Shown here in pieces: positions 9,554-15,693 of a stretch of 24,000 nucleotides of DNA. The notes under the pieces are model-generated. The model had not been told where the DNA came from. It made no database searches and was given only the letters and a program-made list of their open reading frames with translations. Made by a program: the position numbers and the translations under genes. Position 1 is the stretch's first letter. Every line of letters begins with the position of its first letter. Origin of the DNA: Kordiimonas marina (GTDB lineage Bacteria > Pseudomonadota > Alphaproteobacteria > Sphingomonadales > Kordiimonadaceae); NCBI RefSeq assembly GCF_023006325.1, contig NZ_JAINDF010000001.1, positions 30,863 to 54,862 of the forward strand, given 5' to 3'.

Positions 9554-9892
9554 TTATACTTTCTTGACGAATTCCGACTTGAGGCTCATCGGGCCGATAC
9601 CGTCAATCTTGCAATCAATGTCATGGTCACCATCCACCAGGCGGATATTCTTGACCTTGGTGCCGACCTTGACGGTGGTGGACGAGCCTTTGACCTTAAG
9701 GTCCTTGATTACCGTAATGGTGTCACCGTCCGAGAGAATATTGCCAACAGCGTCGCGGATTTCTTTCTCATCCGAGCCCAGGGCTTCGGTGCCCGGCGCC
9801 CACTCATGGCCACATTCGGGACAGATCAGCATGATGCCGTCCTCATAGGTGTATGGGGACTGGCATTTCGGGCAGGGCGGCAGGTCGCTCAT
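9554..9892 (-). CDS. yjdM: Zinc-ribbon protein YjdM/PhnA family
   Basis: N-terminal CPKC...CPEC zinc ribbon ([31 protein letters not shown]) and a C-terminal PhnA-like beta domain ([36 protein letters not shown]). Confidence 0.88.
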   Translation of the reverse strand: MSDLPPCPKCQSPYTYEDGIMLICPECGHEWAPGTEALGSDEKEIRDAVGNILSDGDTITVIKDLKVKGSSTTVKVGTKVKNIRLVDGDHDIDCKIDGIGPMSLKSEFVKKV

Positions 9893-9980
9893 GGGAATTC
9901 CTTTCAGCTTTCGCCGCCATATAATGTTTTAAACATCAAAATTCAAAGAAATAATTATAAAATAGCCCGATAATCTAGCA

Positions 9981-10015
9981 AAAGAACCCAGCCCCCGGCG
10001 CAAGTAACGCCGGGG
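9981..10015 (-). terminator. Rho-independent terminator downstream of the 200-aa membrane protein gene
   Basis: Stem ccccggcg (9993-10000), loop caagtaa, stem cgccgggg (10008-10015). On the minus strand this is followed by gctgggttctttt. Confidence 0.55.
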
Positions 10016-10038
10016 TCATAGGTTTCAGGCAAAGCCTG

Positions 10039-10641
10039 TCAGTGGACGGCAGCCGCACCCGCGGGTCCATGCAGGTGCACATCGCGCCCGGCGTGACGCC
10101 TGAGAATATCGAGGGCACGCTGCTCCTGACCCCGGCTACCGGTCCTGACCCACAGAAGCAGGCCACCCCAGGATTTTTCCTTGCGCGCCCGGTCCTTCAT
10201 CCGGGTAGCGTGCCGGTAAGCAATCAACCCGCCGCCAAGCGCCCCGATGACGCCGAGCCCGGACACCAGCACAACAGCCTGCCACGGCTCCATGCCATGG
10301 GCTGTCGCAAGCCCCGTCCCCGCGAGCAACAGGATATAGATCGGGGCAAAGACCGTCACCATCAGCGCGGTCGACCGGCTATTCCTGTCGATATAGGGTT
10401 CACGCGGGACGCGGGAATCGTCCTCAAGTTCCGCAACACTCCTGATGCTGCGGCGCAGGGTGGATTCGATTTCTTCCGGGGATACGGGCCGCGAGATGGC
10501 AGCGTTCGAAAAGCCGTGGCTTTCCAGGTCATCCACTGCTTCCTGCAGGTCCTGTTCGGTATCGAAAAGGGCAACCGCTTCACGGTAATTACCGCGCGGG
10601 CCGGTTACATCCCTCCATTCCCAGTGTTCCTTGTCTGCCAT
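10039..10641 (-). CDS. Hypothetical membrane protein: two central TM helices between two small soluble segments
   Basis: Coding-like composition. TM candidates are ALMVTVFAPIYILLLAGTGLA and AVVLVSGLGVIGALGGGLIAY. GGGAGA lies 6 nt upstream of the ATG at 10641. No family was recognised. Confidence 0.6.
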   Translation of the reverse strand: MADKEHWEWRDVTGPRGNYREAVALFDTEQDLQEAVDDLESHGFSNAAISRPVSPEEIESTLRRSIRSVAELEDDSRVPREPYIDRNSRSTALMVTVFAPIYILLLAGTGLATAHGMEPWQAVVLVSGLGVIGALGGGLIAYRHATRMKDRARKEKSWGGLLLWVRTGSRGQEQRALDILRRHAGRDVHLHGPAGAAAVH

Positions 10642-10687
10642 GGTCTATCTCCCATCACAAAACGCCCAACACCGGTCCATTATGCCA

Positions 10688-10727
10688 CAAAAAGGCGTCA
10701 GCCCCGAATCTCATCTTTCGGGGCTGA
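10688..10727 (-). terminator. Rho-independent terminator ending the ars operon
   Basis: An 11-bp stem tcagccccgaa (10698-10708) pairs with ttcggggctga (10717-10727). On the minus strand it is followed by cgccttttt. Confidence 0.7.
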
Positions 10728-10746
10728 TTTCGACTATGCAGTCTGC

Positions 10747-11616
10747 CTAAGCAGGCGGCTCGGTGCCCGGGACCAAAAAGATCGGCATCTCATCCGCCGG
10801 CTTTTCTGCGAGCTGCGCCTCGGTCAGGCGCGCATAGATCTCAATCAGCGTGCCATCCGGGTCCTTAAGCCACAGTTCATGCAGCGGTGTGCCCTTCCAG
10901 GTGGTGCGCGGCGGTTTTTCAACATGGGCGCCGAAGCTGACCGCCCTGTGATAGGCGTCCACCACCGCTTCCCGGTCCGACATACCGACCCCGAGGTGGT
11001 AGAGCGTATCATGGTGCAGCTCCTTACCGTCCGACACCACCACAACGAAGTTCAAATTGAGGTCCGGCCGGATGAAGGTGGCGTAGCGGTGCGTCCAATC
11101 CTTGGGCCAGGTCCCGAGAAGCCAGGCATAAAAGCGCACGCTGGTTGCCAGATCGGCCACACGGATGCTGGCGTGAAACTCGTCCGACGGTGGGCCGTCC
11201 GGCACATCCGCCAGCGCCGCCAATACCTCGATGCGGCCCTTGATCTGGTCCCGCGCCGTGCGGAAGCGCTGACGCAGCTCATCAGCCGATACCGTGCTCT
11301 CCTTGGGCGTGGGGTCCATAATCGGCCAATGGAGCCGCTTTACAGGGCCGGGAAACACCGGGCAGACGGCATCCGCACACAGGGTGACAACAAGGTCCAC
11401 CGCGCCTGCGTCGATGTCGTCTACAGACTTGGATCGCTGGGCCGAAATATCGATCCCCAGCTCAGCCATAACTTCAACCGCCAATGGGTTGACACCTGCG
11501 GGCTCAGACCCCGCGCTTTGCACGGTCACGTCCGACCCCAAAATGTCCCGGGCCAGACCTTCGGCCATTTGGCTACGGGCGGAATTGCCGACACAAAGAA
11601 ACAGAATGTTACGCAT
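10747..11616 (-). CDS. arsC: Fusion protein: LMW-PTP-type arsenate reductase ArsC (aa 1 to about 135) plus ArsI/CadI-like VOC (glyoxalase-fold) domain (aa about 146-289)
   Basis: P-loop CVGNSARS (Cys8), TLCADAVCP (Cys80, Cys85) and HWPIMDP are present. The C-terminal half, [22 protein letters not shown]...YHLGVGM...[15 protein letters not shown], has the VOC beta-alpha-beta pattern with candidate His/His/Glu ligands. AGGAGAG lies upstream of the ATG at 11616. Confidence 0.85.
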   Translation of the reverse strand: MRNILFLCVGNSARSQMAEGLARDILGSDVTVQSAGSEPAGVNPLAVEVMAELGIDISAQRSKSVDDIDAGAVDLVVTLCADAVCPVFPGPVKRLHWPIMDPTPKESTVSADELRQRFRTARDQIKGRIEVLAALADVPDGPPSDEFHASIRVADLATSVRFYAWLLGTWPKDWTHRYATFIRPDLNLNFVVVVSDGKELHHDTLYHLGVGMSDREAVVDAYHRAVSFGAHVEKPPRTTWKGTPLHELWLKDPDGTLIEIYARLTEAQLAEKPADEMPIFLVPGTEPPA

Positions 11617-11637
11617 AACTCTCTCCTATTCGGAAGC

Positions 11638-12690
11638 TCAGGGCGTATCGAACCAGCGTGCTTTCAGCTTGAGCGCCACCGTGACCAGCGAGATCAGGAC
11701 AGGTACCTCGACGAGTGGGCCGATCACCGTTGCGAACGCGATCGGCGACGCGAGCCCGAAGGCGGCGATAGCGACCGCGATCGCCAGCTCGAAATTGTTG
11801 CTGGCTGCGGTGAAGGAAATGGCCGTGGTGCGGGGATAGTCGATCCCCATCAGCTTGCTCATGACGTAACTGACGACGAACATGATGACGAAATAAAGCG
11901 CGAGCGGCACCGCGATCCGGAGCACATCGTGCGGCAGATCGAGCACCATGCCGCCCTTGAGCGAGAACATGGCGACAATGGTGAACAGAAGCGCGATCAA
12001 AGTGACCGGCGCGATCTTCGGCAGGAAATGGCCTTCGTACCAATCCCGGCCCTTCCGCTGCATCAGGGTGCGGCGTGTCAGGTAACCGGCCGCGAAGGGA
12101 ATGCCGAGATAGATCAGAACCGCCTGGGCAATGGTCCAGAAGTCGACATCGACCACCCTGCCCTCAAGCCCGACCATCGGCGGCAGGACGGTGAGGAAAA
12201 ACCAGGCATAGACGCTGAAAAACACGATCTGGAACACCGAGTTGAAGGCCACGAGCGCCGCCACATACTGATTGTTGCCGCCCGCCAACTGGTTCCAGAC
12301 GATGACCATGGCGATACAGCGCGCCAGGCCGATCAGGATCAGACCGGTCATATATTCGGGATAGTCCCGCAAGAAAATGACGGCGAGCGCGAACATCAGC
12401 ACAGGGCCGATCAGCCAGTTCTGGATCAGCGACAGGGCAAGCGCCCGCCGGTCCCTGAACACCATCGGCAGGTCCTCATAATGGACGCGCGCGAGCGGCG
12501 GGAACATCATCAAGATCAGGCCTATGGCGATGGGCACATTGGTGGTGCCAAAAGACAGGCTGTCGAGAAACACAGGCAAGCCCTTGAAGGCCGAGCCAAG
12601 CCCGACACCAAGCGCCATGGCCGCGAAAATCCAGACTGTCAGGTATCGGTCCAGGAAAGAAAGCCGCTTGCGGGGCATGTCAGTGTCCAT
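11638..12690 (-). CDS. acr3: Arsenite efflux transporter, ACR3 family
   Basis: N-terminus [24 protein letters not shown], about 10 hydrophobic segments, 350 aa, and a position between arsR and arsC. Confidence 0.9.
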   Translation of the reverse strand: MDTDMPRKRLSFLDRYLTVWIFAAMALGVGLGSAFKGLPVFLDSLSFGTTNVPIAIGLILMMFPPLARVHYEDLPMVFRDRRALALSLIQNWLIGPVLMFALAVIFLRDYPEYMTGLILIGLARCIAMVIVWNQLAGGNNQYVAALVAFNSVFQIVFFSVYAWFFLTVLPPMVGLEGRVVDVDFWTIAQAVLIYLGIPFAAGYLTRRTLMQRKGRDWYEGHFLPKIAPVTLIALLFTIVAMFSLKGGMVLDLPHDVLRIAVPLALYFVIMFVVSYVMSKLMGIDYPRTTAISFTAASNNFELAIAVAIAAFGLASPIAFATVIGPLVEVPVLISLVTVALKLKARWFDTP

Positions 12691-12716
12691 GATCGTTTCC
12701 TTCGTTTATGGCTATC

Positions 12717-13094
12717 TCACGCGGCGCCTTCAGGCCCACACGCGCCGGGCGGGCAGCAGATAGAGCCCATGAGCTCGCCCTGGCTCTCCTGTTCAAACAC
12801 GAGGTTCAGCAATCCTGCGAGCGGGAGAAGTCTGTCCGCATTGAGCGAATAACAGACCCGCGGATGCTCGACCTCGCCCTTGATGATGCCTGCGGCCTTC
12901 AAGATGCGCAGATGCTCGGACACCGTGGATTGGGCCAGCCCGACTTCCTCGACAATATCGCAGCCGATACAAGACTGTTTTGCGAGGAGCACCCGCACGA
13001 TGTGGATACGCGCGGGATGGCCCAGTGCCTTGGCGGTCAAGGCGATGTCGTCGTCGCTATATCCTGCTGTTTCCACTGTCGGCAGCATACTCAT
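12717..13094 (-). CDS. arsR: ArsR/SmtB-family metalloregulator of the ars operon
   Basis: Winged-helix core LGHPARIHIVRVLL...CIGCDIVEEVGLAQSTVSEHLRILKAAGII and a C-terminal ICCPPGAC. AAGAGG lies 5 nt before the ATG at 13094. The track uses GTG 13100. Confidence 0.88.
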   Translation of the reverse strand: MSMLPTVETAGYSDDDIALTAKALGHPARIHIVRVLLAKQSCIGCDIVEEVGLAQSTVSEHLRILKAAGIIKGEVEHPRVCYSLNADRLLPLAGLLNLVFEQESQGELMGSICCPPGACGPEGAA

Positions 13095-13110
13095 GAACAC
13101 CTCTTATTCG

Positions 13111-13132
13111 TATATCGTCGATTAACGATATA
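13111..13132. promoter_or_regulatory. Candidate ArsR operator: 8-6-8 inverted repeat
   Basis: tatatcgt-cgatta-acgatata has perfect 8-bp arms and lies 17-38 nt upstream of the arsR start. Confidence 0.5.
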
Positions 13133-13215
13133 AAGGACGATGCCCTGGAAGGTCAATGATGAAAATGTCGCACCCCTGCCCGGCTGCGGAATTCCATTTC
13201 AGCCGTCATTAGGTC

Positions 13216-13244
13216 TTTAAATTCGGGGCTGGAACGCTTATATC
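13216..13244 (+). promoter_or_regulatory. Possible sigma70-type promoter of the tmRNA gene
   Basis: tttaaa (13216-13221), a 17-nt spacer, then tatatc (13239-13244). It would place the transcript start near 13250, just before the acceptor piece. This rests on a hexamer match only. Confidence 0.3.
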
Positions 13245-13246
13245 AG

Positions 13247-13600
13247 GCGTGCTGGGTAACCAGCTATGGCGATAAACGGCGCATTAAGTAGGTATTGCGG
13301 ACCCGGGGGCGGTACCCGGCGCCTCCACCAGAAGCGGCCAGAAGGCTGAGAACGGATTTCAGACCGTTTCTGATGGGGGCGAAATAGGATCGACGTGTAT
13401 TGAACGGTGTATTGCTCTTCGCTCAGGATGGTACCGCTGTGATGGGCCAAAACAAATAAATGCTAACGACAACAACGTCGAGTTTGCTGTTGCTGCGTAA
13501 GCAGTCCCAGTAAGCTACATTTATAAATTCCTGGGGGTTGACGCCTTCAGGTGGGGTCCGGGCCACCTAGCAACAGAACGGCCCACTTCTATCCTTTTCC
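13247..13600 (+). ncRNA. ssrA: tmRNA (ssrA), circularly permuted two-piece form: acceptor piece, then intervening loop, then coding piece
   Basis: The acceptor piece ends with T-arm ccggg/ggcggta/cccgg (13303-13319), 3' acceptor strand cgcctcc (13320-13326), discriminator A and CCA (13328-13330). The coding piece starts with gggggcg (13375-13381), which pairs perfectly with that strand and includes a G3:U70 pair (13377:13324). It continues with aaataggatcgacg, the analogue of GGAUUCGACG. The tag frame at 13462-13497 (gct aac gac aac aac gtc gag ttt gct gtt gct gcg) gives ANDNNVEFAVAA, followed by taa at 13498-13500 and preceded by aaataaat. The outer ends (13247, 13600) are approximate. Confidence 0.88.
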
Positions 13601-13656
13601 CAGACATTGTTACCTGCCCTGCCCGCCATCCCCGGCGGCGCCTTTATGCTGCCCGC

Positions 13657-13703
13657 AATAAAAAAACCGCCAAAACCGGGTAGCCACGCCCGGTTTTGGC
13701 GGT
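13657..13703 (-). terminator. Strong rho-independent terminator ending the luxI-orf116-phyH transcription unit (may also stop ssrA read-through)
   Basis: A perfect 15-bp stem accgccaaaaccggg (13666-13680) pairs with cccggttttggcggt (13689-13703) around an 8-nt loop. On the minus strand it is followed by ttttttt. Confidence 0.8.
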
Positions 13704-13753
13704 TGGTCTGCCCCGCCGGAGTCCTGAAAGACGGCGGAACGAGAGAGAGCAGT

Positions 13754-14638
13754 TTAGGCGGCCATTTCTTTCACCATGGCCTCGATTTCAGGCGGCAGTA
13801 GGTCGAGGGTCGGCACAGGGCCTTCCGTCACATCGTCCGCCAGGATGCGCATGGGTTCCTGCCCGTCGAGCCAGCCAAGGTTGGGCCGGTGGGCGCGGTA
13901 GCCGATCAGCTCCTGCAGCTCGACCGGAAAGCGCTTCGCCACCTCTGGCGGATAGGCCAGATACTGGTTTTCCGACTGCCGGAGCCAGCCGAGGCTGTAG
14001 GAGATCACCAAGCCGTCCCGCGGCGCCTCAGAACGATTGGCACCGCCACAGTGCAGGGCCGAGCCGAGGTAAAGCACCACATCGCCCGCCTCCATGGTGG
14101 CGTAATAAACGTCGTCGTAACTGGGCTCGCGCGTGAGGTCGTCTTTGTGCGACCGGGGCCAGATGCGCGTTCCGCCGTTTTCCTCGCTGAAGTCACTCAG
14201 GGCCCACATGGCGTTGACCATGAAATGGGTTCCCTGGTGCGGGAACGGGAACATTTCATCGTCGCGGTGCGGTAGTTGTTCCTTCTCGCCCGGTTCGATC
14301 CGGATCGCCTGGGTCAGGTTGATTTGGTAGCGGTCACAGAAGGGGCCGAGTATCTTGTTCATAACCCCGGTGACGACCGGGTGGGTCGCCAGCGCCCATG
14401 ACGCGTCTGATTTTGAGAAAACGCTGCCGAAACGTTTGGTCTGGTAGCCGAAAAACATGCCTTCGCAAGTAGGGTAGCTTTCCAGATGCGGCTTCAGGTC
14501 TTCCTGCAGGCGCGCGAAAGTTTCCTTGAGCGCGGGGAAACGCAGATGCACGAGGCCTTCCGTTTCCAGCTCAGCGGTGATGGCGGCGACCGTCTGGTCG
14601 TCACTGTCACTGACAATAAGGGGTTTCATAGCACTCAT
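13754..14638 (-). CDS. Fe(II)/2-oxoglutarate-dependent dioxygenase, phytanoyl-CoA dioxygenase (PhyH) family
   Basis: Facial-triad candidates are H-x-D in LPHRDDEMF and a distal His in GSALHCGGAN. GGTRIWPRSH and RDGLVISYSLGWLR blocks are typical of PhyH proteins. The preferred start is ATG 14638 (MSAMKPLIV) with GGAGCG upstream. The track start at 14674 is less likely. Confidence 0.85.
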   Translation of the reverse strand: MSAMKPLIVSDSDDQTVAAITAELETEGLVHLRFPALKETFARLQEDLKPHLESYPTCEGMFFGYQTKRFGSVFSKSDASWALATHPVVTGVMNKILGPFCDRYQINLTQAIRIEPGEKEQLPHRDDEMFPFPHQGTHFMVNAMWALSDFSEENGGTRIWPRSHKDDLTREPSYDDVYYATMEAGDVVLYLGSALHCGGANRSEAPRDGLVISYSLGWLRQSENQYLAYPPEVAKRFPVELQELIGYRAHRPNLGWLDGQEPMRILADDVTEGPVPTLDLLPPEIEAMVKEMAA

Positions 14639-14957
14639 CGTTCGCTCCATCCAAAACAGCCTGAATTTCGGCATAGGTCAGGGCAAAAACCCGGTCCTCA
14701 TAGCTCATGCCGGCAACGGCATAGAGAATGCGGGCGATCGCCTGCTGGACCCGGGCATGGATCGGCAGGGCGGCTTCTTCCCCATCGGGGGCAGTGCCAT
14801 GGTCGACGTCGGCAACATCGGCGAGCCGTTCGACCTTGGCCGCGATGGCTTCAACCTTGCTGCCGTCCAACTGACCGAGAAGGAAACCGAGCTGATTGGC
14901 TGCGCCGCTGAGATCAAGCGGGGTCGCCTGATTGAATTCCGCTGTGAACACGCTCAT
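14607..14957 (-). CDS. Orphan acidic 116-aa protein of unknown function, translationally coupled to the luxI homologue
   Basis: Its ATG overlaps the luxI TGA (ATGA on the minus strand, 14954-14957) and GGAGG lies 7 nt upstream. Third-codon positions are mostly G/C/T, as in neighbouring genes. Both competing plus-strand ORFs are Arg-rich or otherwise non-protein-like. No motif was recognised. The C-terminus is ..DGANDECYETPYCQ. Confidence 0.65.
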   Translation of the reverse strand: MSVFTAEFNQATPLDLSGAANQLGFLLGQLDGSKVEAIAAKVERLADVADVDHGTAPDGEEAALPIHARVQQAIARILYAVAGMSYEDRVFALTYAEIQAVLDGANDECYETPYCQ

Positions 14958-15589
14958 ACCGCAACCTCCAATTCAGGCACCAATGTGGGTGCGTTATAAA
15001 GAACGCTGCCTTCGACACCGCGGGTGGCGCAGACAGACTGATAATGGCTTTCGTCAAGGTCGATCTGGAAGGCGAGGACCACCTCGCCATCGACGACGTC
15101 CGGCAGGCCGAGCGGCGTAACGTTCCACCCAGCTTTCAAAATCGTTGGGAACAGCACCATGCTGGCCACGCAGGTCACGTGGCGGATGTCATGCATCAGG
15201 CCATATTCGAACAGACCGCAGACAAGCTCGCTGACCGTCCGGTCGCGTTCGAGCAGCAGATGACGCCCTGTCAGGCTGTAAAAGCGGGAAACTTCCCAGG
15301 TATCGGCTGCCGTCGGCACCTTGTCGGCGCAGAGGTTCGGGAAAGCTTCACCCAGCAGGTGCGGCTTCTCCGTCGGCAGCAGGCGCATGGCCCCCTTGAG
15401 GAGACCCTTGTCGTTGATCGAGAGGAGGTAAATGGTTTCCGCATGGTCGAAACGGTCGCGCTCGATCCCTTTGGCGCAATCGAGGCTCCAGCCCATTTTT
15501 TCGACAAAAACCTCGTACCGCTGTTGCCAGAGCTGGCGCAAGTAACTGCGGTATTCAGACCGGTTTACATCACTGACAACATGGATCAT
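14954..15589 (-). CDS. luxI: LuxI-family autoinducer (acyl-homoserine-lactone) synthase
   Basis: Family-invariant pattern is present: R..VF...MGW, then IERDRFD (the E, D, D positions), RLLPT and WEVSRF, and the C-terminal block VTCVASMVLFPTILKAGW...GE.V. GGAGG lies 5 nt before the ATG at 15589 (MIHVVSD...). The symbol is family-level only. Confidence 0.88.
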   Translation of the reverse strand: MIHVVSDVNRSEYRSYLRQLWQQRYEVFVEKMGWSLDCAKGIERDRFDHAETIYLLSINDKGLLKGAMRLLPTEKPHLLGEAFPNLCADKVPTAADTWEVSRFYSLTGRHLLLERDRTVSELVCGLFEYGLMHDIRHVTCVASMVLFPTILKAGWNVTPLGLPDVVDGEVVLAFQIDLDESHYQSVCATRGVEGSVLYNAPTLVPELEVAV

Positions 15590-15637
15590 GCGGACCTCCA
15601 TCAATATGTGGACGCCCCATGATCAAACATTCATTTT

Positions 15638-15649
15638 AATAGGCCTATT
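15638..15649. promoter_or_regulatory. Perfect 12-bp palindrome in the luxR-luxI spacer
   Basis: aataggcctatt is centred about 55 nt upstream of the luxI ATG. Its function is unknown. Confidence 0.3.
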
Positions 15650-15676
15650 GGCCGATCAGACTAGTTTTCGGAAAGT

Positions 15677-15693
15677 GGTAGCATAGTGCTACC
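15677..15693. promoter_or_regulatory. lux-box-like 17-bp inverted repeat (7-3-7) overlapping the luxR stop codon
   Basis: ggtagca-tag-tgctacc is centred about 96 nt upstream of the luxI ATG. Its dyad symmetry and length resemble LuxR-type binding sites. The sequence does not match the classical lux or tra boxes. Confidence 0.4.

Noticed and set aside
10042-12852. A 936-aa plus-strand ORF, the longest in the window
   Set aside because: It runs antisense across four well-supported minus-strand genes (membrane protein, arsC fusion, acr3, arsR). It is extremely rich in Arg/His/Asp/Gly/Pro and has no recognisable motif. This is the classic stop-codon-poor antisense frame of a high-GC genome.
13238-13450. 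A 70-aa minus-strand ORF and a 64-aa plus-strand ORF (13607-13801) in the arsR-phyH gap
   Set aside because: The first lies on the opposite strand of the tmRNA gene, which explains the conservation-like structure. The second spans the terminator hairpin and runs into phyH antisense. Neither has an RBS.
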